Origin: an uncultured Collinsella sp.
GTDB taxonomy: Bacteria > Actinomycetota > Coriobacteriia > Coriobacteriales > Coriobacteriaceae
Reading direction: 5' to 3'
Assembly: GCA_958405195.1 (NCBI GenBank)
Contig: CATYDM010000004.1
Location: 12,682-76,681, forward strand
Length of the DNA: 64,000 nt
Part shown: positions 30,682-40,676 of the stretch, piece by piece
Layout of the letters: each line of letters opens with the position of its first letter
How positions within the stretch are numbered: the first letter of the stretch is position 1
Made by a program: the position numbers and the translations under genes
Notes under the pieces: generated by a model
Told to the model about the DNA's origin: nothing
What the model saw: the letters and a program-made list of their open reading frames with translations, nothing else
Databases searched by the model: none

Positions 30682-31725
30682 ATGTCGTTTGGCAAGTTCT
30701 TTAAAGATGCACTGCTTCCCGTCGCCGTGTGGACGTGCGGCGTGCTGCTGAGCTGCTTTGTGCTGACGGTCGCCGGCGCACCCGTTTCTATCGTGGTCGT
30801 GGCGGTTGGCGTGTCCTTTATCTTCGGTATGCTCGGCATCGTGATCGAGTACGCTCGCCGTCGCCGTTTTCTGCGTCAGTTGGAGCGCGCGGCAGAGGAG
30901 CTCGAGAGTCCCGCATGGGTGCAGGAGATGGTGCAATGCCCGACCTATGCCGAGGGCGAGCTCGAATACGAGGTCTTGCGCCGGGTGGGCAAAGCTGCCT
31001 GCGACGAGGTTGCCGAAGGCCGACGTCAGACCGATGACTATCGCGACTATATCGAGAGCTGGGTCCACGAGGCCAAGCTGCCCCTGGCGGCGGCCCACCT
31101 GATTTTGGAAAACCTGGACGGCAGCGAAGACGACCTGTCGCGTGTGGATGACCTGGGTCGCGAGCTGGCTCGCGTGGAGCGCTATATCGACCAGGCGCTG
31201 TACTATGCGCGCTCGGAAGTCGTGGAGCGCGACTACCTGATTCGCCGTTGGGATCTCAAGACCTTGGTGACGGGCGCGATTAAAGCCAACGCGCGCGAGC
31301 TTATCGCGGCGCACGTGGCTCCGGTGTGCGAGAACCTCGACTTTGAGGTCTTTACCGACGAGAAGTGGCTCGAGTTTATTCTAGGCCAGCTTATTCAGAA
31401 CAGCATCAAATATGCGCGCGAGGACGGCGCAAAGATCGTGTTTTCGGGCGCGTTGCTGGACGAGGGCCTGGCGAGCGAACGCATCGAGCTTACCGTCGCG
31501 GACAACGGCTGCGGCGTGAGCGCGGCCGACCTGCCGCGCGTGTTCGAGAAGGGTTTTACCGGCGACAACGGCCGCACCACCAAGCGCGCAACGGGCATCG
31601 GCCTCTACCTGGTGGCGCGCCTGTGCTCCAAGATGGGCATCGACGTCACCGCGGCATCCGAGCCCGGCGAAGGCTTCGTCGTAACATTCGCGTTTTCAAC
31701 GAATAAGTTTCAATATTTCGAGTAA
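30682..31725 (+). CDS. Intramembrane-sensing histidine kinase (BceS/GraS-like)
   Basis: Two adjacent N-terminal TMs, WVHEAKLP, TDEKWL.FI, FEKGFTG, ATGIGLYL. Confidence 0.93.
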   Translation: MSFGKFFKDALLPVAVWTCGVLLSCFVLTVAGAPVSIVVVAVGVSFIFGMLGIVIEYARRRRFLRQLERAAEELESPAWVQEMVQCPTYAEGELEYEVLRRVGKAACDEVAEGRRQTDDYRDYIESWVHEAKLPLAAAHLILENLDGSEDDLSRVDDLGRELARVERYIDQALYYARSEVVERDYLIRRWDLKTLVTGAIKANARELIAAHVAPVCENLDFEVFTDEKWLEFILGQLIQNSIKYAREDGAKIVFSGALLDEGLASERIELTVADNGCGVSAADLPRVFEKGFTGDNGRTTKRATGIGLYLVARLCSKMGIDVTAASEPGEGFVVTFAFSTNKFQYFE

Positions 31726-31840
31726 CGCATGCGGCAGACGCCCACCCAAACAAAAACGTGCAGCCCAAACAAAACGTGCCACCCCAAACGGGGCGGCACG
31801 CTATCTTTTATCAGCCAACTCGCTGAAGTAAGGCTGCGAA

Positions 31841-31933
31841 GGCCGCGGGGCCGGGAGGGGTTTCCTAAGGGCACATCCCGCAGCCGCAACGCGGCGAGGA
31901 CGTGCCCGTGGAAACCCCGCAGGCCCCGCGGCC
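31841..31933. repeat. ~93-nt imperfect palindrome between convergent genes
   Basis: GGCCGCGGGGCC/GGCCCCGCGGCC, GGGGTTTCC/GGAAACCCC, GGGCACATCC/GGACGTGCCC, GCCGC/GCGGC stacked stems. Confidence 0.75.
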
Positions 31934-31946
31934 GGTGGGAGCAACG

Positions 31947-32384
31947 CTACTTCACGACCAAAATGTCGCAGTCCGTATTGCGCAGCAGGAACGTCGAAAT
32001 CGAACCCAGCAGCGCATACTTGATCGAGGACAGGCCGCGGGCGCCGCAGAGCACCAGGTCGGGCTTGACCACGTCGAGCATCTCGTCTTTGAGCGTCTCA
32101 CGAATACGGCCGGCGCGAATCATGACTTCGACCTCGGGAATGTCGGGATTGGCCTTGGCCTCTTCGAGCTGCTTGGCGATGGAGTTCTTAAATGCCTCCT
32201 CTAGGCCGTTGACCAGATCGACCGGATAGGAACCGGCGCTCTCGAGCGCCGTGGAATCGATAACGTGGCCGATGATTAGCTTGGCGCCGTTGTTCGCGGC
32301 GACCTTGATGGCGCGTGCGAGCACAAAATCCTGCTGTTCAGTACCGTCGAGTGAAACAAATACCTTGGTGTAGCCCTCGTTCAT
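31947..32384 (-). CDS. Universal stress protein
   Basis: SLDG, DLVLCGARGLS...LLGSIS..LLRNTDCDILVVK. Confidence 0.93.
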   Translation of the reverse strand: MNEGYTKVFVSLDGTEQQDFVLARAIKVAANNGAKLIIGHVIDSTALESAGSYPVDLVNGLEEAFKNSIAKQLEEAKANPDIPEVEVMIRAGRIRETLKDEMLDVVKPDLVLCGARGLSSIKYALLGSISTFLLRNTDCDILVVK

Positions 32385-32632
32385 GGTTTCCTCCTTGGTC
32401 TATCGCACGGGCGCGGGGCTCGTGCATCGGGCGGGCGCGGGCGCGTTGGCCGCCGGACACTTTATCTTGTTGCAGTTATACCCAAGGATTTGGGTTTGAC
32501 CGCTCGCAATTCTGTGAACGGGCGAGTTTTTTGGTAAGGGTAGGCGCAGGCGCGCCGCCAACGGTTGATAATGGGACATCGCCCGCACCGTCCGCAGAAC
32601 AATATCGGCGGGTGTCTAACGAGGGGGTCCCT

Positions 32633-33613
32633 TTGGATATCATCGAGCTTTTAAAATCTGCCTTCATGGGCCTGGTCGAGGGCATCACCGAATGGCTGCC
32701 TGTTTCGTCGACCGGTCACATGATCTTGGTGGACGAGTTCGTCAAGATGAACGTGAGCGAGACGTTCTGGAACATGTTCCTGGTCGTGATTCAGCTTGGC
32801 GCCATTTTGGCCGTCTGTGTGCTGTTCTTCCATGAGCTCAATCCGTTCTCGCCCAGCAAGGGCAAGGAGGGCCGTCGCGACACCTGGGTGCTGTGGGGCA
32901 AGATTGTGCTCGGTTGCATTCCTGCGGCGGCGATCGGCCTGCCGCTCAACGACTGGATGGAGGAGCATTTCTACAATGCTCCCGTCGTGGCGCTGGCGCT
33001 CATTGTGTACGGCGTGCTGTTTATCGTGATCGAGAACTGGCGCGCAAACAAGCGCGAGGAAATGGCCGTTGCCGGTTCGTTTGGTTCGCGTGCTGTGGTG
33101 TCGGGTGGACGTCCCGCCGGTGCGCATTTTGCGGCGCCCGCCACGGCTACCGCTGAGGATGAGGACGATGACGAGAACCTGGACTTTGGCTCCATCGCCA
33201 CGCTCGAGGACCTCAGCTGGAAGACTGCGCTGGGTATCGGCTGCTTCCAGGTACTTTCACTGGTGCCTGGTACGTCTCGCTCCGGTTCTACCATCATCGG
33301 CGGCCTGCTGCTGGGCTGCACGCGCTCGGTGGCGTCTAAGTTCACGTTCTTCCTGGCTATTCCCGTTATGTTTGGCGCAAGTGCGCTCAAGCTGGTCAAG
33401 TACTTTATTAAGGGCGGTACTTTCGGTACCAACGAGATCGCCATCTTGGGCGTGGGCTGCGTCGTCGCCTTTGTAGTGTCGCTCATCGCCATTAAGTGGC
33501 TCATGGGCTTCGTCCGCCGTCACGACTTTAAGTGCTTCGGCGTCTACCGCATCATCCTGGGCATCGTGGTGCTCGCATACTTCTTTGTCCTGGAGCCGAT
33601 GCTCGGCCTCTAA
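32633..33613 (+). CDS. uppP: Undecaprenyl-diphosphate phosphatase (BacA)
   Basis: EGITEWLPVSSTGH, PGTSRSG; TTG start after GAGGGGG. Confidence 0.95.
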   Translation: MDIIELLKSAFMGLVEGITEWLPVSSTGHMILVDEFVKMNVSETFWNMFLVVIQLGAILAVCVLFFHELNPFSPSKGKEGRRDTWVLWGKIVLGCIPAAAIGLPLNDWMEEHFYNAPVVALALIVYGVLFIVIENWRANKREEMAVAGSFGSRAVVSGGRPAGAHFAAPATATAEDEDDDENLDFGSIATLEDLSWKTALGIGCFQVLSLVPGTSRSGSTIIGGLLLGCTRSVASKFTFFLAIPVMFGASALKLVKYFIKGGTFGTNEIAILGVGCVVAFVVSLIAIKWLMGFVRRHDFKCFGVYRIILGIVVLAYFFVLEPMLGL

Positions 33614-33946
33614 CTTAGTCGACGCTGCGCGGCGGCCAGGGCGACAACTTGTCATTCAAAGGGGGTGGCATGACCAAAAGGTCTATGCCGCCCCCTTTTC
33701 AGGCCAATTTGTTCGCCCTGACCGTCGCTCGCTGCTGCTGCCATGACATCGGCGGTTTCGTGATTGTCAATAGATTGGTGCAAAGTAACCTGAACCCATT
33801 GCGCCAAATCCGCTGGGGCGGGCCTGACGGTGGCGCACGGAGTCGTGGTGTGATTTGCGTCGGTGTCCGCGCGGCTCGGTATACTGGTACGGCTCAAACT
33901 ATGGCGCTGCCCGCAGGCGCGCCGTCCGTCAGATGAGGAGTCGCCC

Positions 33947-36847
33947 ATGACCCAGCCCTTGCCCTGGGAAAAGAACGCCGCGGTGCCCGTGCCGCCTGCG
34001 CCGGAACCCGTGCCGCTCGATGCATACACCGCCCCCGCTGCGCCGGAGCCCGAGCTCGTTCCGCTCGACATCTACGACGCTTCCGCGCCGGCGCCCAAAC
34101 CTGCCAAGCCGCTCGTCGACATCGACAGCCTTAATCCCGCCCAGCGCGAGGCGGTCCTGACCACCGAGGGCCCGCTGCTGGTCCTTGCCGGTGCTGGCTC
34201 GGGCAAGACCCGCGTCCTGACCTTCCGCATCGCTCATATGCTCGGCGACCTGGGTGTTAAGCCTTGGCAGGTTCTTGCCATTACGTTTACCAACAAGGCC
34301 GCTGCCGAGATGCGCGAGCGTCTGGCGGCACTCATTCCCAGCGGCACCCGTGGCATGTGGGTGTGCACCTTCCATGCCATGTGCGTGCGCATGCTGCGCG
34401 GGGACGCCGACCTGCTGGGCTACACCGGCCAGTTCACCATCTACGATGACGATGACTCAAAGCGCATGGTGCGCGACATTATGCAGGCGCTCGGCATCGA
34501 GCAAAAGCAGTTCCCCATCAACATGATCCGCAGCAAGATCAGCTCTGCTAAAAACGCCATGATCGGGCCCGAGGACATGCTCAAGAGCGCCGATAGCCCC
34601 AACGACAAAAAGGCCGCGCAAGTCTACCTGGAGCTGGAGCGCCGCCTGCGCGCCGCCAACGCGATGGACTTCGACGACCTGCTCGTGCGCACGCTCGAGC
34701 TACTGCGCACCCGCCCCGAGGTGCTCGACAAGTACCAAGAGCGCTTCCGCTACATTAGCGTCGACGAATATCAGGACACCAACCACGTCCAGTACGAAAT
34801 CGCCAACCTGCTGGCCGCCAAGTACCAAAACCTCATGGTCGTGGGCGACGACGACCAGTCCATTTATAGCTGGCGTGGCGCCGACATCACCAACATCCTG
34901 GACTTTGAGCAGGACTTTAAAAACTGCAAGACCGTCAAGTTGGAGCAGAACTATCGCTCCACGGGTCACATCCTGAGCGCCGCCAATGCCGTTGTTCGCC
35001 ACAACTCGCGGCGCAAGGACAAGCGCCTGTTTACGGCCGAGGGCGATGGCGAGAAGATTCAGGCTTTCCAGGCAAGCGACGAGCGCGATGAAGGTCGCTG
35101 GATTGCCGGCGAGATCGAAAAGCTGCATGCCAAGGGTACGAGCTACGACGATATCGCCGTGTTCTACCGCACCAACGCCCAGTCGCGTATCCTCGAAGAT
35201 ATGTTCCTGCGCGCGGGCGTGCCCTACAAGATCGTCGGCGGCACGCGATTCTTCGACCGCGCCGAGATCCGCGACGTCATGGCCTACCTCAAGATGATTG
35301 TGAACCCGGCCGACGAGATGAGCGTCAAGCGCGTCATCAACACGCCGCGCCGCGGCATCGGCTCCACCTCGATTCAAAAGATCGAGCAGCTGGCGCGCGA
35401 CAACCGCTGCTCGTTCTTCCAGGCCTGCGAGATCGCAACAGCCGAGACGGGCATGTTTAGCGCCAAGGTGCGCAACGGCCTGTCGAGTTTTGTGGCGCTG
35501 GTGCGCGAGGGCCGCCGCATGGACGGCGAGCTCAAGGACGTCGTCGAGATGATTGTCGATAAGACGGGCCTGCTGCAGGCTTTTCGCGCCGAGGGCACCA
35601 TGGAGTCCGAGAGCCGCGCCGAGAACATTCAGGAATTCTTGGGCGTTGCGGCCGAATTTGAGGAGACGCACGAGGATATCGAGGGTACGCTCGAGAGCCT
35701 AGAGGAGCTGCGCGCAGCCGGTGTTGCCGACGTGCCTGCCGGCGTCGAGCCCGAGCCCGTTGTGGTGAGCGCGCCTGCGCCCGAGCCGGGACCGTCCGCG
35801 TCCGCGTCTTCGTTTGAGGCACTTGTCGGCGCTCGTGACGCCGCGGGCTCCAATCCGCTCGATAGCCTAGCCGCCCCGGCGCTCTCGCCGCAGGATGCCT
35901 TGGCCGCCGCCATCGCGGGCAACGCGTATACCGTGCCAACAGAGCTACCGGCGGGCGCCGTGCATGCCGACGAGATCGAGCGCACCTACGGTCCGCTCAC
36001 CTGTAAGGCGCTGCCGGCACTCATGGAGTGGCTGGCCCTGCGCTCCGACTTGGATTCCCTGGCCGGCGAGACGCATGCCATTACCATGATGACCATCCAC
36101 TCCGCCAAGGGCCTGGAGTTCCCAGCGGTGTTCGTGGCCGGCATGGAGGAGGGTATCTTCCCGCACGTGCACGACTTTGGCGGCAGCGATGATCCGGGTA
36201 AGCTCGAGGAAGAGCGTCGCCTGGCCTACGTCGCCATTACGCGTGCCCGCAAACGCCTGTTCTTGACCTACGCGGCCACGCGTCGTACCTACGGCTCGAC
36301 TTCTGCCAACCCGCGCTCGCGCTTCCTCAACGAGATTCCGTTTGAGGATATCGAGTTTAGCGGTATCGGTTCTGCCGGTTTTGAGGGCACGGGCTGGGAG
36401 AAGCGCGGCGACCGTCACGGCACCTTTGGCTCGGGCATGGGCTCGGATATGTACGGCGGCAAGGTGTTTGGCTCGCATACGCGCTCGACCGGCGGCTCCG
36501 GTTCGCGCGGTGGATCGAGCTTTGACGATTTCTTTGGCGGTAGCAGCTACGGGACCGAGCGCCATCGCGGGGTGTCGCCCGATGCCGGCCGTGTTGCCTC
36601 GACCTTTGGCTCGGGTGCACCGCGAGCTAAAAAGCCGTCGTCCAAGGTGTCGCCGACGGTGGAGCGCAAGGTCGATCGCGCCAGTGCATCGCAGGACTTT
36701 GCCGCGGGCGATACCGTGAGCCACAAGACCTTTGGCACGGGTACCGTGATCTCGGTCGCCGGAGACATGATCGAGGTTCAATTCGAAAAGACCGGCCAGA
36801 CCAAAAAGCTAATGAAAGGCTTCGCACCGATCGTCAAGCTGTCGTAA
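33947..36847 (+). CDS. pcrA: ATP-dependent DNA helicase PcrA/UvrD
   Basis: AGAGSGKT, DEYQD, VGDDDQSIY, QNYRS, TIHSAKGLEF, YVAITRA, C-terminal Tudor-like domain. Confidence 0.96.
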   Translation: MTQPLPWEKNAAVPVPPAPEPVPLDAYTAPAAPEPELVPLDIYDASAPAPKPAKPLVDIDSLNPAQREAVLTTEGPLLVLAGAGSGKTRVLTFRIAHMLGDLGVKPWQVLAITFTNKAAAEMRERLAALIPSGTRGMWVCTFHAMCVRMLRGDADLLGYTGQFTIYDDDDSKRMVRDIMQALGIEQKQFPINMIRSKISSAKNAMIGPEDMLKSADSPNDKKAAQVYLELERRLRAANAMDFDDLLVRTLELLRTRPEVLDKYQERFRYISVDEYQDTNHVQYEIANLLAAKYQNLMVVGDDDQSIYSWRGADITNILDFEQDFKNCKTVKLEQNYRSTGHILSAANAVVRHNSRRKDKRLFTAEGDGEKIQAFQASDERDEGRWIAGEIEKLHAKGTSYDDIAVFYRTNAQSRILEDMFLRAGVPYKIVGGTRFFDRAEIRDVMAYLKMIVNPADEMSVKRVINTPRRGIGSTSIQKIEQLARDNRCSFFQACEIATAETGMFSAKVRNGLSSFVALVREGRRMDGELKDVVEMIVDKTGLLQAFRAEGTMESESRAENIQEFLGVAAEFEETHEDIEGTLESLEELRAAGVADVPAGVEPEPVVVSAPAPEPGPSASASSFEALVGARDAAGSNPLDSLAAPALSPQDALAAAIAGNAYTVPTELPAGAVHADEIERTYGPLTCKALPALMEWLALRSDLDSLAGETHAITMMTIHSAKGLEFPAVFVAGMEEGIFPHVHDFGGSDDPGKLEEERRLAYVAITRARKRLFLTYAATRRTYGSTSANPRSRFLNEIPFEDIEFSGIGSAGFEGTGWEKRGDRHGTFGSGMGSDMYGGKVFGSHTRSTGGSGSRGGSSFDDFFGGSSYGTERHRGVSPDAGRVASTFGSGAPRAKKPSSKVSPTVERKVDRASASQDFAAGDTVSHKTFGTGTVISVAGDMIEVQFEKTGQTKKLMKGFAPIVKLS

Positions 36848-36854
36848 TCCCGGC

Positions 36855-36983
36855 GGACCCGGGCGGGCGTATGGGGCAACATCGCCTGCTCGGACAGTCC
36901 TGCTCGCACGGAGAGCACATTAAGTGCTCTCCGGCTCGTGCGGAACTCGCGATCGATGTTGCCCCATACGCCCGCCCGGGTCC
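36855..36983. repeat. 129-nt fold-back element with perfect 30-bp outer arms
   Basis: GGACCCGGGCGGGCGTATGGGGCAACATCG and reverse complement; inner CGGAGAGCAC-ATTAA-GTGCTCTCCG. Confidence 0.85.
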
Positions 36984-37127
36984 TTAGATAACGTTGCTTG
37001 CGAACGTCGCTTTGCTCGTTCGCTTTTTGGTCTGGAGAGCCGGGTGGGCTGATATATAGATACGAGTAGGGGCTCCTCCGTTGATGAACGGGGGAGCCCC
37101 TTGTTTCGTTTTGGTTGTTGTTGCGAC

Positions 37128-38060
37128 CTAGAGGTGGCTGATGATCAGTTCCATCTTGCCTTCGAGTTCGATCTGGTCCACGGTGCTCGGAGCCAGCAGG
37201 TGGCTGCCCTTGTGGACGGGGTCGCCGCAGACGGTGCCTTCGCCGTCGATGACCGACAGGCACATGAAGGGCCAGCGCTGGTCGAGGGTCTTGTTGTCGT
37301 CGACGCGCACGCGATCGACGGTGTAGCAGGGGTTGGACTCGAGCTCGGTCACGCCGTCGACCTCGGGCGCGGTCACGGTGCCGTCGGTCGGCGCCTGAAC
37401 ATCAAAATCGATGCAGTCGAGGCTCTGCTCGATATGCAGCGGGCGCAGCTTGCCGTCGGTGCCGGGGCGGTCGTAGTCGTACAGGCGATAGGTCACATCG
37501 CTCGACTGCTGCGTCTCCAAAATGAGCGTACCGGTCTTAATAGCGTGCACGGTACCGGAGTCAATCTGGAAAAAGTCGCCCTTGTGAATCGGCAGCACGT
37601 TGAGCATGTCGTCCCAGCGGCCATCTTCGATCATCTGCGCTGCCTCGGCGCGGTCCTTGGCGCGCTGGCCGACGATGATCGTGGCACCGGGCTCGCAGTC
37701 CAGCACATACCAGCACTCGGTCTTGCCCAGGCTGCCGTTCTCGTGCTCGGCAGCGTACTCGTCGTTGGGGTGAATCTGGATCGAAAGGTCGTCCTTGGCG
37801 TCCAGAATCTTAATGAGGAGCGGGAACTCCTTGCCCTCGCAGTTGCCAAAGAGCTCACGGTGCTCGGCCCACAGCCACGACAGCGTGTGGCCGGCATACG
37901 GGCCCTCCGCAATCTGGCAGTCGCCGTTGGGATGGGCCGAGATGGCCCAGCACTCACCGATGGGACCCTCGGGAATGTCGTAACCAAATACGGTTTCGAG
38001 CTGGCGGCCGCCCCAGATCTTCTCGTGGAAGATCGGCGTCAGTTTAATCAAATCGGACAT
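37128..38060 (-). CDS. manA: Mannose-6-phosphate isomerase, class I
   Basis: IWGG, GECWAISAHPNG, FPLLIKILDA, LSIQIHP, GKTECWY, ETQQSSDVTYR. Confidence 0.95.
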   Translation of the reverse strand: MSDLIKLTPIFHEKIWGGRQLETVFGYDIPEGPIGECWAISAHPNGDCQIAEGPYAGHTLSWLWAEHRELFGNCEGKEFPLLIKILDAKDDLSIQIHPNDEYAAEHENGSLGKTECWYVLDCEPGATIIVGQRAKDRAEAAQMIEDGRWDDMLNVLPIHKGDFFQIDSGTVHAIKTGTLILETQQSSDVTYRLYDYDRPGTDGKLRPLHIEQSLDCIDFDVQAPTDGTVTAPEVDGVTELESNPCYTVDRVRVDDNKTLDQRWPFMCLSVIDGEGTVCGDPVHKGSHLLAPSTVDQIELEGKMELIISHL

Positions 38061-38133
38061 GTTCATACCCCCATGGTGTTGTGCGGTTGCCCACTCTAAA
38101 CGAGCCATAACGAGCGCCCGCATGACTACAAAA

Positions 38134-38853
38134 CTATGCCAACGTTACGTTGTGCAGCTCAAAGCGGTCACCGACGTTGCGCGAGATCGAATGCTCAAAG
38201 GCGGTGCCGCTATCCAAAAAGCCAATCTGGTTGAGCTCGAGCAGGGGAGAGCCGGGTTTGGTGTCCAGGCGCTCAGCCTCTTCCTCGGTTGCCGCTACGG
38301 CGCGAATGGTGCGGTGGAAGCTCGAAATCTTCAGCCCGCATTGCTCGCGGATGAAGCTGTAGACCGATCCATACAGGTCTTTCTTTTTAAGGCCCGGAAT
38401 CAGCTCGAGGGGCATGTAGGTGTACTCGATAACGATGGGCTTCTCGTCGACCTGGCGCACGCGCACGATGTGATAGGCAAAGTCATCCTCGGCAATTCCC
38501 AGCTGAGTCGCAACCTCTGCCGGCGGATTGACAATCGAGAAAACGTAGACCACCGAGGTTACCTTCTCCCCGCGGTGCTCATACGAAAAGCCCTGGGCGC
38601 GGTCGTTCTTGCCCTGGAAAAACGCCTTGTCGGGAAGACCCGCCGTGTCTTTAACGTAGGTGCCCGATCCGCGCCGGCTGGTAACAAGACCCTCCTCGGT
38701 GATCTGCTCGATAGCTCGTTTGACGGTGATTTTGGAAACGCTATAGAGCTCACAGAACTCAACGACGGTGGGTAGCTTGTCGCCCGGTTTAAGAGCGCCA
38801 TCCTCGATGCTTCGACGGATATCTGCAGCTATCGCCTCGTATTTGGGAATCAT
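38134..38853 (-). CDS. GntR-family regulator with UTRA domain (GmuR-like)
   Basis: PGDKLPT, VSKITVKRA, RRGSGTYV; UTRA-type C-terminus. Confidence 0.93.
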   Translation of the reverse strand: MIPKYEAIAADIRRSIEDGALKPGDKLPTVVEFCELYSVSKITVKRAIEQITEEGLVTSRRGSGTYVKDTAGLPDKAFFQGKNDRAQGFSYEHRGEKVTSVVYVFSIVNPPAEVATQLGIAEDDFAYHIVRVRQVDEKPIVIEYTYMPLELIPGLKKKDLYGSVYSFIREQCGLKISSFHRTIRAVAATEEEAERLDTKPGSPLLELNQIGFLDSGTAFEHSISRNVGDRFELHNVTLA

Positions 38854-39155
38854 GGAACCTCCTTTCCGACATATATCAATACGCAAGTAAGTATAACCCT
38901 TAACAAGGCACCCATATAACCTTTATCTAAGAAGCTCGAGAAAGAAAAAAGAAAAAGACGCTTTACTTTTAGAATTAGAGCGCTATAGTTTAAGCAACGA
39001 ACGGAATCTTTCCGCAGAACAGGATCGACCGTTTGGGGACGGTTTTGTTTTGGCGGGTTGGATATCGGTATGACCGGTGCGCGCCCGCGCCGGATAACCT
39101 GCCAAAGCAAACCCGTCTCCAACCGAAAGCTCTAGACACGAAAGCGAGGACTTTG

Positions 39156-40556
39156 ATGGCTCAGTATCAGCTGCCCCGTGACTTCTTCTTTGGCGCCGCT
39201 ATGTCCGGCCCGCAGACTGAGGGTCAGTGGAACCAGGGCGGCAAGCTCGAGAACCTGTGGGATACCTGGTCCATCCAGGATCTGGATTCGTTCTATAACC
39301 GCGTTGGCTCTTATGCTGGCAATGACTTTATGGCCAAGTACCGGGACGACCTTCGCATCATGAAGGACCTGGGCCTGAATACCTATCGCACTTCCATCCA
39401 GTGGAGCCGTCTGCTCGATGCCGACGGCAACCTTAATGAGGAGGGCGCTGCGTGGTATCACGAGCTGTTCCGCGCCTCTCGCGAGGCCGGCCTGGAGCCG
39501 TTTGTCAACTTGTACCACTTTGACATGCCCACCTACCTCTTTAACCGTGGCGGCTGGGAGAGCCGTGAGGTCGTCGAGGCTTACGCTCATTACGCCGACG
39601 TCGCCTTCCGCGAGTTTGGCCAGGAGATTAAGTACTGGTTCACCTTTAACGAGCCCATCGTCGAGCCCGAGCAGCGTTATCAGGAGGGCGTGTGGTTCCC
39701 GCAACTCCACGACTTCAACCGCGCTCGCGCCGTGCAGTATCACATCTCGCTGGCACATGCGCTGGCCGTGGCCAACTATCGTAAGGCCTATGACGAGGGC
39801 GCTATTCGCGCCGATGCCAAGATCGGCATGATCAACTGCTTTACCCCGGTCTACACCAAGCAGAACCCCAGCGAGGCAGACCTCGAGGCCGTGCGTATGA
39901 CCAGCGGCATCAACAATCGCTGGTGGCTCGACCTTATTACCAAGGGCGAGCTTCCCGCCGACGTGCTCGACAGCCTGGCCGAGGGCGGCGTTAAGCTCCC
40001 GTTCCGTGCCGGCGACCAAGAGATTCTCAAGCAGGGTGTTGTCGACTGGCTCGGCTGCAACTACTACCACCCCACGCGTGTTCAGGCGCCGGCGAGCAAG
40101 GTCGACCAGTACGGCCTGCCGCACTTTGCCGACGAGTACGTATGGCCCGACGCCGTTATGAACGAGAGCCGCGGCTGGGAAATCTACCCGCAGGGCCTCT
40201 ACGACTTTGGCATGGACTGCGCTAAGAACTACCCCGATCTTGAGTGGTTTGTATCCGAGAACGGTATCGGCATCATGGACGAATACAAGAACCGTGACGC
40301 CGAAGGGACCATTCAGGACGACTACCGCGTCGACTTTGTGCGCCAGCACCTGGAGTGGGTTGCCAAGGCAATCGCCGAGGGCGCCAAATGCCGCGGATAC
40401 CATTACTGGGCCGTCATCGATAACTGGTCTTGGGCCAATGCCTTTAAGAACCGTTACGGCTTTGTCGAGGTCGACCTCATGGACGGCTACAAGCGCCGCC
40501 TTAAGAAGTCGGCGGCCTGGCTCAAACAGGTCGCCACGACCCACGTGGTTGATTAG
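39156..40556 (+). CDS. Glycoside hydrolase family 1, 6-phospho-beta-glucosidase (GmuD-like)
   Basis: YRTSIQWSR, TFNEP acid/base, VSENG nucleophile, DNWSW..A.KNRYG. Confidence 0.95.
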   Translation: MAQYQLPRDFFFGAAMSGPQTEGQWNQGGKLENLWDTWSIQDLDSFYNRVGSYAGNDFMAKYRDDLRIMKDLGLNTYRTSIQWSRLLDADGNLNEEGAAWYHELFRASREAGLEPFVNLYHFDMPTYLFNRGGWESREVVEAYAHYADVAFREFGQEIKYWFTFNEPIVEPEQRYQEGVWFPQLHDFNRARAVQYHISLAHALAVANYRKAYDEGAIRADAKIGMINCFTPVYTKQNPSEADLEAVRMTSGINNRWWLDLITKGELPADVLDSLAEGGVKLPFRAGDQEILKQGVVDWLGCNYYHPTRVQAPASKVDQYGLPHFADEYVWPDAVMNESRGWEIYPQGLYDFGMDCAKNYPDLEWFVSENGIGIMDEYKNRDAEGTIQDDYRVDFVRQHLEWVAKAIAEGAKCRGYHYWAVIDNWSWANAFKNRYGFVEVDLMDGYKRRLKKSAAWLKQVATTHVVD

Positions 40557-40676
40557 CGACCGGGCGAACGCCCAGACCGCGCGCCGCCGCGCGCAAAACA
40601 TGGCACATCTGGTGGCAGAGGGCGACAGACCACCGTGCGCATAGGAAAAGGCCGGATTTGAAAGTTAGGAGCAATC

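Noticed and set aside
35670..36010. Intein in PcrA
   Set aside because: No N-terminal Cys/Ser splice block, no His-Asn end, no endonuclease motifs
38870..38990. GntR operator (TATAACC direct repeats) in the AT-rich divergent promoter
   Set aside because: Plausible but too short to distinguish from promoter -10 elements without comparative data
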